A stretch of 64,000 nucleotides of DNA, taken from the NCBI GenBank assembly GCA_965219575.1, contig OZ244779.1, positions 1,196,769 through 1,260,768 on the forward strand, given 5' to 3'. Under the pieces are notes generated by a model that worked only from the letters and a program-made list of their open reading frames with translations, was not told where the DNA came from and made no database searches. The position numbers and the translations under genes are program-made. Source of the stretch: Candidatus Oxydemutatoraceae bacterium. Lineage in GTDB: Bacteria > Pseudomonadota > Gammaproteobacteria > Poriferisulfidales > Oxydemutatoraceae. Below, in pieces: positions 34,399 through 47,600 of the stretch (position 1 is its first letter; each line of letters begins with the position of its first letter).

Positions 34399-34620
34399 AT
34401 GCCAAAAGCGGAAAATATACAAGAACCTTTTTTGAATGCGCTTCGAAAAGAAGGAACTCCTGTTTCAATCTATTTGGTTAACGGCATTAAGTTGCAAGGC
34501 AAAATAGAATCTTACGACTCGTTCATTATTTTGCTGAAAAACGGCAGTTCGCAAATAGTATATAAGCACGCTATTTCGACAATTGTTTCGGAACAGTCGT
34601 TTAAGATAGACAGAACATAA
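34399..34620 (+). CDS. hfq: RNA chaperone Hfq
   Basis: [24 protein letters not shown] (Sm1) and [11 protein letters not shown] (Sm2). RBS GGAG upstream. Confidence 0.97.
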   Translation: MPKAENIQEPFLNALRKEGTPVSIYLVNGIKLQGKIESYDSFIILLKNGSSQIVYKHAISTIVSEQSFKIDRT

Positions 34621-34648
34621 GTCGTTCTACATAGAAGGCGCGACGGCT

Positions 34649-35446
34649 ATGTGGCATGTGCAGGCGATACCGGCATTTGCGGATAACTATCTATGGCTGT
34701 TGAGCGGAGACGACGATAACCGTGCGGCAATCGTCGACCCCGGCGATGCCGTACCAATATTGGAAGTACTGCAAAAGAATGCACTCGAATTATCTGCGAT
34801 TTTGATTACCCACCACCATGCCGACCATATCGGCGGCGTGCAGCGGTTGACGGAGTGTTATTCCGGAGTACAAGTTTACGGCCCCGAAGATCCGCGTATT
34901 CCGATGGTTCGGCATGTGATGCGCGAACGGTCTCGTTTGACGCTTGATTTTTTGCAAGCCTCTTTCGAGGTGATGGAGGTGCCCGGTCATACGGCAACGC
35001 ATATTGCATACTACGCCGACGCATCCGATTCGACCGTGTCGCGACTATTTTGCGGCGACACCGTCTTTGCGTGCGGTTGCGGACGTCTGTTCGAAGGCAC
35101 ACCGGCACAGATGCACACATCGCTGAGTAAAATAAAAGCGTTGCCGCCTACAACCGAAATCTATTGTGCGCACGAATACACGCTCGATAATATTGAATTT
35201 GCAAAGTGGGTCGAACCCGACAATGCGAATTTATTAGCACGCGAACGAGAAGCGAAAGCACTGCGCAAAGTGGGCAGATATACGGTACCGTCGCAATTAG
35301 CCGATGAATGCGAAACCAATCCTTTTTTGCGTTTCGATCAACCCGATGTAATAAAAGCGGCGGAACGCTACGCCGGTCATGCCTTGAATACCGAGGCCGA
35401 AGTTTTCGCCGCGGTGCGTCATTGGAAAGATAACGAATTCGATTAA
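34649..35446 (+). CDS. gloB: Hydroxyacylglutathione hydrolase (glyoxalase II)
   Basis: AIPAFADNYLW, VDPGDA, THHHADHIGG metallo-beta-lactamase motif, PGHT, FCGDTVF..GCGRLFEG, CAHEYT, TNPFLR and C-terminal R.WK..F. Confidence 0.97.
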   Translation: MWHVQAIPAFADNYLWLLSGDDDNRAAIVDPGDAVPILEVLQKNALELSAILITHHHADHIGGVQRLTECYSGVQVYGPEDPRIPMVRHVMRERSRLTLDFLQASFEVMEVPGHTATHIAYYADASDSTVSRLFCGDTVFACGCGRLFEGTPAQMHTSLSKIKALPPTTEIYCAHEYTLDNIEFAKWVEPDNANLLAREREAKALRKVGRYTVPSQLADECETNPFLRFDQPDVIKAAERYAGHALNTEAEVFAAVRHWKDNEFD

Positions 35447-35460
35447 ACCCGAAATAATTT

Positions 35461-35526
35461 TATAGAGTTTATAAAAGATTACGGTAGAAATTATAAAATA
35501 CTACCGTCTATTTACATCGGTATAAT
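35461..35526 (+). promoter_or_regulatory. Putative promoter of giant gene 2: two 22-bp direct repeats followed by a TATAAT -10 box
   Basis: tatagagtttataaaagattac (35461-35482) and ggtagaaattataaaatactac (35483-35504), then TATAAT at 35521-35526. A homologous arrangement lies upstream of giant gene 3. Confidence 0.6.
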
Positions 35527-35556
35527 AGCCACTCGATCAAGGATGATTTAAATGAA

Positions 35557-35604
35557 ATGGAGTTCATCAAATTGGAAAACAAATATTTCATAAGTAGCTT
35601 CTAA
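35557..35604 (+). other. Putative leader ORF MEFIKLENKYFISSF upstream of giant gene 2
   Basis: Ends in KYFISSF-stop like the leader ORF upstream of gene 3, and is followed immediately by a GTCCGT...ACGGAC stem. Confidence 0.35.
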
Positions 35605-35645
35605 GTCCGTTACTATCTCACCTTACTCACCACGGACGAAAGAAA

Positions 35646-38600
35646 ATGAAGTTGCTCTTCATATCTACTTTTATTGTAGTTACAGGATTATTACAGCCCG
35701 TATCGGCTCAAGATACTTTTGAATGCAATTACACAACCGATATAGATCAAGACAAAGACGGCTTGATAGAACTATGCGATCTGGATGCACTCGATGCGGT
35801 TCGCTATCAGCTCGACGGCAGCGGTTATAGAGAAAGTTTCGATGCGGTCAAGATAACCGCCGGGTGTCCCCCGAGCGGTTGCAACGGCTACGAGTTGCGT
35901 AGAGACTTGGATTTCAACATCGAGGATAGCTATCGCGATCTCGCCAACAAAGCAGCATGGACGAGCGGTTCGGGTTGGTTGCCTATAGGCGATCGGCTCA
36001 ACTTCTTTGCCGCGAGGTTCGAAGGCAACGGTCATACGATAGCCAATCTTTATATCGATAGACCGTCGGATTATGTCGGTTTATTCAGGGCGACTTCGAC
36101 GCCGGCTAAAATAAGCGACCTGATATTGTCGCAAATAAACATCAAAGGAAACTCGTATGTCGGTGGTTTAGCGGGTCATAACGCCGGTAGCGTCGCTTAT
36201 GTCGGTGTCGAAGGCGGTCGCCTAATCGCTACGGGCAACACCGTAGGCGGGTTGTTCGGTGCCAACGCCGGGACAATACTCAACGGCGATGTCATGCTCG
36301 AGCGTTTAGAGAGTCGCGGGCATAGTCTCGGCGGTCTGGTCGGTCATAACGAGGGGCATGTTACTTATAGTGTTGCCGATACCGGTTTATTCGGTGTCAG
36401 CCAAGTCGGAGGCTTGGTCGGTCTCAATGCTCGCGGTGTATTGACCGACAGTCGCTCCGACGGGACTGCGAATGGGAGCGATTATATCGGTGGTTTGGTC
36501 GGTCTCAATCATGCTCGGATTAGTGCGAGCTATGCGATCGGCAAAGTGATAAGCGAGGGTTCGTATAGCGGTGGCTTGGTCGGTGCCAACGACCGTGGCG
36601 GTAGAATTGCCGATAGTCGGGCGAGCGGTACGGTTTCCGGCAATCTCTATGCGGGCGGTCTGGTCGGTTGGAATAGGGACAGTGAGATCACCAATAGTTT
36701 TGCGCTTAATCGTGTAGACGGCAATAGCGATGTAGGCGGTCTGGTTGGCTGGAACGAGGGCGGTCGAATAAGCAATACCTATTCAAGCGGTTCTGTCAAC
36801 GGGATGCATAGAGTCGGTGGTTTGGTCGGCAGTAATAAAGGCATCGTTTCCGACAGTTTTGCAAACGGACGCGTTGTCGCAAGCGGTGTAAATACAGGTG
36901 GTTTGATCGGCTGGAATTATGCCCATCAGACCAGAGATGCCACCACGGTGCGTGTGATACACAGCTATTGGAATAGCAACACTGTCGGGATATCGCTCAG
37001 TGCCGGTGGAAGTCCTCGGACTACCGAACAGCTACAATCACCGACTGCGCCCGGTCTACTCGGTGAGACTTTCGAGAGATGGGATGTTGCCGATTGGGAT
37101 TTCGGCACCGACGAACAATACCCGATACTCAAACACAGCGAAGGTTCTAATACGGGACACCTATTGTCGGGTCAATACATTATGCTGTCGGGTCTGCTGG
37201 TATTGGACGGGTTAACTTTATCTCCGGCGTTTGATCCGCAAACCTTCGACTATCGCGTACACCTAAGCGACGATAACTTAAGACAAATAAGGTTCAGTCC
37301 TACGATAGCGAATAGCACGCAAACGATTAGTGTTCTCAAAGACGAGAAAACCGGTTTGCCGTCGGTGAACAACGGCGAGACGGTGACGGTCGATTTGAAT
37401 GGTGTTCCCGAGCCGACCTTGGTGACGATAGCGAGGCACTATCGGATCCGAGTGGTGCATCAATCCGCCTTGCAAGTAAAGATCGGTAGCAATCGCTCGG
37501 ATTACAGGGTGAGCGAAGGACAAGATATTGTATTCGATGTTTCAACCTCCGAGCCGGACTTGCGGCGAGTGCGCTATCGCTGGAGTCAGGTTTCACCGCT
37601 GCAACCCGATTTATTAACGGACTCGGACACCGGCTTAGCCGAGTTGAACATCGATATACCCGACGATTTTGTAGCTCGAGATAACGACGAAAGCCCTGTT
37701 GTATTGCGAGTGGAAGTACGCGTCGATGAGACAACCGTAGTTCGCAATACGACGATGACGGTCGTCAAAACGAATAACGGCGGTATAAGCACCTTAGCTG
37801 CCCCGACCTATCGCGAAGGCACCCTGACGGTGGCGGATATAAGCGAAGCCGATTTATCTATGGAGCCCGACGGCGGTGTCGATCCGAGCAGCTTGAGCTA
37901 CCGGTGGCAGTACAAGCTACCGTCGGCTTCCGCATCATGGCACGATATTGAAGATGCGACGCAAATACACTATCAGATACCTTTTGTATTATCGGCAATC
38001 GATAATGTCGGCTATCGTGTATGGCTGGATTATGATGATAATCAGGGTTACTATCACCGCATCGTATCCGAACCACGATCGGCTATGCGTGTTGTAGCAG
38101 ATGACGGTTTTAGCGACATCTATTATCTGGAGGATTTGAATGCGATACGCAATCAACCGAACGGCAAATACGAGTTGGTCCGAGATTTGGATTTTAACTC
38201 GGATGCGAGCTACCGAGACCCAATCAATAAAGCGAAGTGGACGGTAGCCGATTACGAGAACGATGCGGACGCCGGCTGGTTGCCGATAGGTACGATTGCA
38301 AATCGTTTCACAGGTACTTTCGAGGGTCACGGTCATGCGATATTCAATTTGCAGATAAATAGAGACACCGCCGACTATCAGGGTTTATTCGGTGTTTCGG
38401 GATCTGCTGCGACCGTAAGAAATGTCGGTTTGCCGAATGTCAAGATAGAAGGAAATAGATATATAGGCGGCGTCGTGGGTTCCAGCGGAGGTACTATTGT
38501 CGGCAGCTACATCCTCGGCAAGGTATCGGCGAATAGTTTTTTAGGCGGACTGGTAGGGGAAAACGACGGCAGAATTATTAATAGCTACGCCGGTGTCGTT

Positions 38601-41600
38601 GCTTCGGCGTTAAACCGACAATTAGGTGATTTGGTCGGCATCAACAGAGGGTCTATAACAAACAGCTATGCGACGGGAAATGTCGAAGGAGTTTCGGCGG
38701 GTAGTCTGGTGGGTCAAAATTTCTCTGCCGGTTCAATCACTAATAGTTATGCTATCGGTAGGGTGCAAGGAAGCGGCGGTGGTTTGGCTGCGACCAATGA
38801 AGGAGTCATTAGAGCAAGCTATTGGAATACCGAGACCGGCGGTTTACAAGGTCGTAATGGAAGCGGTCGGACTACGCAGCAAATGCAGTTGCCTACTGCG
38901 GCGATCGGGATATACGAATCGTGGGACAATGCCGATTGGGACTTCGGCAACAGCGCACAGTATCCGATCCTCAAATACGCACCGGGACCCGACGGCGATG
39001 CGTGCGGTGTGTCGGGATTGCCGCAGTGCGGTGCGTTGATATCGCCGCGCCTGCGCTACGGTTTGCGTAGCTTGGCAACGGCGGGCGGTGTTGCTTTAGC
39101 TCCCGAGTTCGATATCGAGGTACAAAACCGAAGCGGTATTTATATCGGTAGTCTGCGCAGTACCGATAACACGATACGGTTGATTCCGACGACGATAGAA
39201 CCGACTGCGGATATTCGTTTCTACATCGGCGACGATAACACCGTCTATGACCACATCCGAAGCGGCGAGACGAGTAAAGCGATTTCGTTGAAAACAAACT
39301 TTACAACCCGTATTCATATTGAAGTGCAAGGAATGCTAACTGTCGGCTATACGCTGTATATCGATCATCGAAACACCGCCGAGTTTACGGCGATCAACTA
39401 TTTGGAAGATTTGCGTGCGATACATCGGCAGCCTGGAGGTTCCTATAAGTTGGCTAGGAACTTGGATTTTGAAGACAGCAAAAGTTATCTGGATCCGTTG
39501 AACAGGATTCTTTGGACGGTAGACGACTACAACGATGCCGGCGATACAGGTTGGGTGCCCATAGGCAACGAGTCAAAGCCTTTCGCCGGTCGCTTCGACG
39601 GCAACGGCTATACGATATCGGGTTTGCAGATCAATAGAGACGATGCCGACAATCAAAGTTTATTCGGCGTTGCGGCATCTAGTGCCGTTATAAGCAATAT
39701 CGGCTTGTTGAATGTCAAGATAGAGGGTGGCACCCAAGCTGCCGGATTGGTCGGCACCAACCGTGGACGAGTGGTTCACAGTCATGTCGGAGGTAGTGTC
39801 CGATCGAAAAATATGGCGGGTGTGATCGGCGGTCTCGTTGCAAACAACGACGGCGGAGATATTATCGGTAGTTATGCGCTAGGTCGAGTTTCGGGGATTT
39901 CATCGGTCGGTGGTTTGGTCGGAGATAACAACGGCAGGGTTATCAATAGTCGCACCGATAGTATCGTAACACCGGATTCGGGAGGCTCTCGGTTCGGTGG
40001 TTTGGTGGGGCGTAATCGGAGTCTAATTGCCAATAGTTATGCAAGCGGCAAAATTTTGACAAAAAGTTCCATCAAAGGGGGTCTGGTCGGTTGGAATGAC
40101 TCGCAAGCACGGATCGTTAACGGTTATGCGGCGGTTGATATTGTCGGTGCCGTAGCGGGCGGTCTGGTTGGATATAACCGTGGTGCTATAAAAAATAGTT
40201 ATGCGATCGGTGAATTGAGAAGCACCGGCAATGCAATAGGTAGTTTGATCGGAGCCAACGATGGCGGCACATCCGTCGCAAGCTATTGGAATAGCGATAC
40301 GATTGTTGCCGGAAGTCGCAACGGCATCGGGCAGACCACGACACAGCTAAAATCACCGACCGCCCCCGGTTTACCGGGTGAGACTTTCGAGAGTTGGGAT
40401 GTTGCCGATTGGGATTTCGGCACATTCGAGCAATATCCGACACTTAAATATGCACCGGGGTCGGACGGAACCGCATGTGGTTTATCGGGGTTGCCGCAAT
40501 GCGGCGATCTAATATCGCCGGGATTACGCTACGGTTTGCATAGTTTAAGCACGGCGGGCAATGCGAGGTTTTTTACACCGATCGACATCGAAAAGCTCAA
40601 CCAAAACAATGTTTATTCTATTACCATCCTCAACGATCGTCCGAGTGTACGGTTGACCCCGGTTGCGATCGAGTCAACTGCGCGTATTAGCATTATAGGG
40701 TCTGTGCGAGAAACCCTAGACAGCCACGATACGAGTTTGCCGATTTCGTTAAAAAACGACGAAGTAAAGAAAGTGATTATCGAAGTGGAAGGCACACGGA
40801 CGGTTAGGTATACGCTTTATCTGAGCTATGCGAACTATAAGCTCATCGACGAAGACGGCGACAGTCTCGTCGATATCGATTATTTGGAAGATTTGGATGC
40901 GATACGTTATCAGTTGGACGGTAGCGGTTATAGAGCAAGCATCGGGTCGGCCAAGATTACATCGGGCTGCCCGAGGCAAGGCTGTCGCGGTTATGAATTG
41001 TCGAGAGATTTGGATTTTAACGATGCCGGTAGCTATCGCAACGCCGAGGAGAATATGGGTCGCTGGACCGGCGCAGGTACTTGGTTTCCTATAGGAGGGA
41101 CTTTCACCGCTACATTCAAGGGCAATAATAAAACGATTGCCAATTTAAGCATGGGTGTAAACGGCGGTCTTTTTAGCGCAATAGGTAGCGATAGTCGTGT
41201 TGCCCGTATAGACGGTATCGGATTAACGGGTGTCGATATTAAAGGGAATGCAGTTGCCGGCATCGCTGCGTCGTGTAAGCGGTGTACGATAAGCAATAGC
41301 TATGTGATAGGAGATATACAAGGAACCGCCGCTGCCGCCGGTTTGGTGAATACTATCGGCGCAACGAGCGGTGGGCGCGCCCGAATTAGCAATAGTTATT
41401 TCGTCGGCAATATTGCCGTCGACGGTCGATCGTCGGTTGCCGGAGGGTTGGTCGGCGATGTAGACTCCGATCTAACCATTACCGACAGCTATGTGGTAGG
41501 CGAGATTAGCGGAGAACACAATGGCGGATTTATAGGTGGTTTGGTCGGGGTACGCTCGTCGTCGGTTATTGAAATCGGCAACAGCTATGCGAGTGTTTCG

Positions 41601-44600
41601 GCAACCAAAGCCGGTGTACCGCAGGGTTTGTTCGGAGGCAATAGAGATCCGAACGATCAGCTCGCACCGACTGCCAAGGCAATTTATTTGGACAAAGATA
41701 TCTCTAGAATCGATGTGACTTTGGGAGAGAGTGAGCGCACCGTTGTGCTTCAATCACCGACGAGTGCCACCGGCATCTATAAAAACTGGGATAGCGATAG
41801 CTGGGATTTCGGCACCGCCGAGCAATATCCGGCGATCAAGTATAATTTGGATGCCGCTTCTACCGATGGTGACGCATATTGTGATGCGGTAAACATTCAA
41901 AAACGTCCCGATGCGTGCCGCACCGTGCTTCGTCATCAGGGTAGCCTGCTACAAGACTTAAAGTTATCCGAGGGCGCAGGTTTATCCGGTCCTTTTAGGT
42001 TCACATCGTTCGATTACGGTATATCGGTCAATGCCGATCGGAGTACTATTCGTATGTTGCCGACTGCGTTTAACGGAGTAGCGACGATTGAGGTTGTTAA
42101 GGATGGCAACATAATAGGAGAAACCGATAGCGGTGAATGGACGGCACCGATACCGTTGAACGACAGCGGCGATACGGTCGTCGGTTTGGTCGTAAAAGAC
42201 GGCAAACGACATTCGTACCGATACCGATTCGTTGTCAATCGCCTCGATATAGTAACTCAAAGTGTAGACGGCGACGGCGACGGACTCATAGATATTAGCG
42301 ATGCGACACATTTGAATGCCATCCGTCATCGCATCGACGGCAGTGCCTATCGAGAGAGCGAAACCGCCGAGGTGATCTACTGTTCCGGCAGTTGCACGGG
42401 GTATGAGCTGACTGCCGATATAGACCTTGCCGGCATCGAGTGGCAACCGATAGGTAGTCCGAATGAACCTTTTAGCGGTGTATTCAAAGGCAACGGCTAT
42501 ACGATTTCTAATTTGACCATAAAAGCAAATAACACCGACAATATAGGTCTATTCGCAGCGATCGGTGTCGGCGGCAGAGTCGAAAATCTCGGTTTGGTGA
42601 ATGTGGATATTGCCGGGCAGGGTCGTCGTATCGGTAGTATAGCCGCCTTCAACTCCGGCACGATTATCAATAGCTATGCCGACGGCAAGCTCGTAGATAG
42701 CGGCGGGAGCATCAATGTCGTCGGTGGTTTGGTCGGTAGAAACGAGCGCGGTGAAATCGTCAATAGCTATGCGCATGTCAACATAGAGGCAGCGACCGGT
42801 TTTGCGGGCGGTTTGGTCGGTGAGATTCAGGGGGGGTCCGTTGTTAATGGTTATGCCGGCGGCGATGTGCGAGTCGATAGCGGTATCGCGGGCGGTTTGG
42901 TGGGAACAAACGGCAGTCGAAGTTCAACTGTTAACGATAGCTATGCAGTCGGTGATGTGCAGGTCGGTAGCGGTAGAGCGGGAGGTTTGGTTGCGGCAAG
43001 CTCCGGCAGACAAACATTGAATAATAGTTACTATAGAAAGGGTGCGGTTATCTCCGGCACCGATTCACTGGTCGGCACCGATAAAACTGTAGCGGCACTT
43101 AAAGCCGGTGTGCCGTCGGATGATGTCTACACCGGCTGGAACACAACCGATTGGCACTTCGGCAATGCAGAGCAATATCCGGTCTTGCTTTATGTGGCAG
43201 GCGATGACAACGATCATCGTGCGTGCGCAACATCACCGACCGATACGGAATTGCCGACCTGCGGAACCTTGCTGCCCGGGCAGCGTGTCGGGCTGGCTCA
43301 AATGGAACTTTCAAAGAATGCCCGCTTGCTTCCGGCATTTAATCCCGAGATATACGATTATAATCTGGTCGTTCATTCGGGCACCACATTTCGTACCATA
43401 CCGATCGCCTATTACGACACCGATACGATTACCGTAGACGCTGCCGGCTTGCGCTCATCCACAACCGGTGGGCAAAGTTTGTTGTTCAAGCTAAACGACG
43501 ATTTGAACGGTATCGTAATCACGGTGAGATCCGCAAGTCATAATGTGCCGACACGCTATACGATTAAAGTACTGCACAGTATTGCGGTAGTAGATGGTTT
43601 GATATCGATCGATTATCTGGAAGACTTGAACCTGATGCGTAATCCTATAGAGCGGGTATCCGATATTCTGGAGGATTGCCCCATAGATACCGAAGACAAT
43701 GCGAGGCGGTGCAGGGGTTATGAATTGAGCAGAGACTTGGACTTTGAGGATCCTATGAGCTATCGCTCGGGTCGGGTCAACCCGATGTGGACGACCGGTG
43801 TCGGGTGGCAACCGATAGGAGACAGCAACAATCCCTTCGAATATTCGTTTAACGGCAATTCACACACGATATCGAATCTGAGGATCAACGATGTTGCCGT
43901 CGATAACATCGGTTTATTCGGTGTCTCGGCGGACGCTGCGAGAATTGAGAACATCGGCTTAGTCGCTGTGGATATCGATATCAACGGTCAATCCGGCATC
44001 GGTGCTTTGGTAGGTGAGAATCGCGGCACCGTCGTCAACAGCCATGTGGTAGGTGGTGATGTTCGTGGCAATTCTTCTGTAGGTGGATTGACCGGTAGGA
44101 ATTCGGGAGTAATCGTTAATAGCTACACGAATGTTGCGGTCGCCGGAACTAATTTTGTCGGCGGTCTAGCCGGTAGTAGCCAATCGGGTTCAAGAATCCA
44201 CAATAGCTATGCGAGTGGTACGGTCACCGGGAATGACTTCGTAGGAGGTTTGGTCGGCTTATTACAAGCAGGTATCTCGAATAGTTATGCAAATGTTGCG
44301 GTTATCGGAAATAAGTTTGTAGGGGGCTTGGTCGGTGGAGCGAGCAATAGTGTCATCAACAGTTATGCAATCGGCAAAATATCGGGTGATGGTGAGGGAT
44401 TAATAGGCGTTGTTTTGATCGATTTTTCCGCCATTCAAAGTTATTGGGATGTCGCTACGAGTACGGTGGGAGACGATAATAACGATCTCAACGGTATCGG
44501 CAAGACGACTTCGGATCTCCGAACAGCTGCGATCGGAGAGGGTATCTATAGCGGTTGGGGTAGCGACGATTGGTATTCCGAGACCGGTCGATATCCGCTA

Positions 44601-47600
44601 TTGAGATATACCGGTGCCACCGATATCATTGCTCGCCCGGCGTGTCGAGTCGCCGAAAATGTCGATAGCGAACTGCCGGTGTGTGGAACTTTGTTGCCAA
44701 ATCAGCGTATAGGCTTACGCAATCTAGCGCGCTCGAATAGGGTGGGTCAGGTTTTGCTATTAAGACCCGGCTTTGATTCCGGGATATACGATTACGAGTT
44801 GATATTAAAAAGCGATGCGCGTGAGTTCAGTATTATTCCGTATACGTTTAACCCGAATGCGGTCATCGTAGTCGACGACGATAGCGAAACGAATCCACAA
44901 CAAGAATTACGAAGTGGTAAAACGCTTAGCTTAATAATAGACAATCTCAACAATTCCTCGCTGACACTCACGGTGGAGGATCCTTTGGTATCCGGAGCGA
45001 CGCAAACGACGATCTATCGTTTTGAAGTAAGCAAACATCCTTTTATCACCACCGGCGATATAGACGACGACGACGACGGCTTGATCGAGATACGCAGCGT
45101 AGACGATCTGAATGCGATTCGTTATCAACCGGACGGTAGCGGTTATAAAGCGAGTCGCAACGATACTAAAATCACCGTAGGGTGTCCCGAGACCGGCTGC
45201 ATAGGTTATGAATTGGTGCAAGATCTGGATGTCGACGACGCAATGCGTTTTGCCGACTGGCAGCCGATAGGATATATCGCACCGAGCGGCGATGCCGATG
45301 AATGTAATCATCCGAGTAATCGGTGCTTTAGCGGGATATTCGACGGCAACAATCATACCATTTCAAATCTGCGTATCGATAAGAGCGATACCGACAATGT
45401 CGGCTTGTTTGCGGCATTAGCCGACGGTGCGCAAGTCAAAAATGTCAATCTGGCGAATGTGTCGGTCGAGGGTCGCTTCGGTGTCGGGAGTCTGGTCGCC
45501 TATAACGCCGGAGAGATAGACAACAGTTATGCCGACGGCACGATAACGGGAGAACGCGATGTCGGGGGATTGGTTGCCTACAATGTCGGTCGGATTTCCG
45601 ATAGTTATGCTTACGGTGCGGTATCGGGCGGTTCTTCGGTCGGCGGTTTGGTGGCTCGTAACGAAAGTGCCGGGGCGATTGCCAACAGCTATAGCTTGAG
45701 TCGTGTATCGGGCAATACCGGCATCGGCGGTTTGGTCGGTTTGAATCTCGGTTCTATTACAAACACTCATGCCAGCGGTGTTGTCGAGGGAAGCATGCGC
45801 ATCGGTGGTTTGGTCGGTGCCAACGGCGGTTCGGTCGCCGACAGTTATGCGACGGCGGATATACTATGCACCGGTGTGCCTATGTGTACTTCGTATACGG
45901 TTGCTACGGGCGGGCTGATCGGTAGCGATGTCGGTGGTGTTGTAGCAAATAGCTATTGGGATACCGGTGTGAGTAAGCTACGAGTATCCGCCGGCGGTGT
46001 CGGCAAAACTACCCTGCAACTGCAATCGGGCAGCGGTCAATCGTCGGATGCAAGCGGCGCGTATTACCGGTGGCGCGATAGCGACTGGTACTTCGGCACT
46101 GTAGATCAATATCCTATTCTTAAATATGCCGACAGTACCGAAAGCACGCTTGTCGGTTTGCAGTCTTATGGTTTGACAAGTTTGGCAATCGCAGAGATTG
46201 TGACGCTGTCTCCTAACTTTGACACGACTAAATTGTATTATCGTGTCGGCGTAGAATTGGATACCGATATAAGGAAATTACATTTGACACCGAATGCACT
46301 GGATGAGGATGCAACCATTCGCATCTTCAGCGATAACGGTTTCGACGAGACGGTTGCAAGCGGCACCGACAGTTCGGCGATTGTGTTGCGCTCGACCGGC
46401 ACAACGGTGATTAACATCGAAGTCTCGGGGGCACGGCGCGTCCTATATCGGTTTGAAGCAGATTATTTCTCTTCCGGTTTTGAAGACGATGTCGATACCG
46501 ACAAAGACGGATTGATAGATATTCTAAGCCTCGAGGATTTGGATGCGATACGCAATGCGCTCGACGGCAGACGGTTGAGATATCAAAATGCCGACGGCGT
46601 ATCGATAGAAAGTGCCAAAGGTTGTCCGATTAGCGGCTGCAAGGGCTATGAGTTGATGCGAGACTTGGACTTCGATAACCCGACACATTACCGAACGGGT
46701 CGCGTGAATACGGCATGGACCGGCGGGGCAGGCTGGCAGCCGATAGGCACCTCGCTATATCCGTTCACGGCAACATTCAAAGGCAACGGCTATACGATTT
46801 CTAATTTGAGGGTGAATAGACCGGATAGAGACGGCGGTTTATTCGGTGTGATAGACGGTAGCGAAAGCGATGTGGTAATAGAGGGTCTCGGTTTAATCGA
46901 TGTAGATATAGTCGGAGGTACGCATGTCGGCGGTTTGGTCGGCACCAACCGAGCGGGCGACATTCGCCGGAGCTATGTCACCGGTTATGTGGTGGCAAGA
47001 GGTGACGGCACATCGGCAATCGTCGGCGGTCTGGTCGGTAGAAATGTTGCCGGCTCGATCACCGAATCATACTCGCAGACACAGGTGAAAGGCAATCTAT
47101 CGGCCGGATTGTCGGTGGCATCGGCAGGTGGTTTGGTTGCTCTGAACGACAGTCGCGGTCGCATCGAGAATAGCTATGCGGTGGGGTCGGTGATCGGTCG
47201 CAACACCGTCGGCGGTTTGGTTGCTCTCAACCGAGACTCGAGCGAAATCATCGATAGCTACGCAATAAGCAGAACGATAGGCATCGGAGCGATATCTAAA
47301 GTAGGTGGCTTGGTTGCCGTCAACGATGCGGTGGTCGACGACAGTTACTGGGATATAGAGGTGAGTGGTATCGCATCGAGTGCCGGCGGCACTTCTGCGA
47401 CCACGGCAGTACTCCGATCGTCCACACCGATTTCACCGATCAATAGTATTTATAAAGACTGGGATACCGATGTATGGGAGTTCGCAGATACGAATCGTTA
47501 TCCCGAACTGAAAGCGATTGCCGATGTGCCGCTACTCGCTCCCGAAGGAAAAAGTCTGTTGCAAAGTCTGACCCTATCGGACAATGTCCGGTTATTCCCG

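Noticed and set aside
33394-34400. Shufflon downstream of the PilV-like gene
   Set aside because: No repeated sfx-like sites, alternative C-terminal cassettes or Rci recombinase; hfq follows directly.
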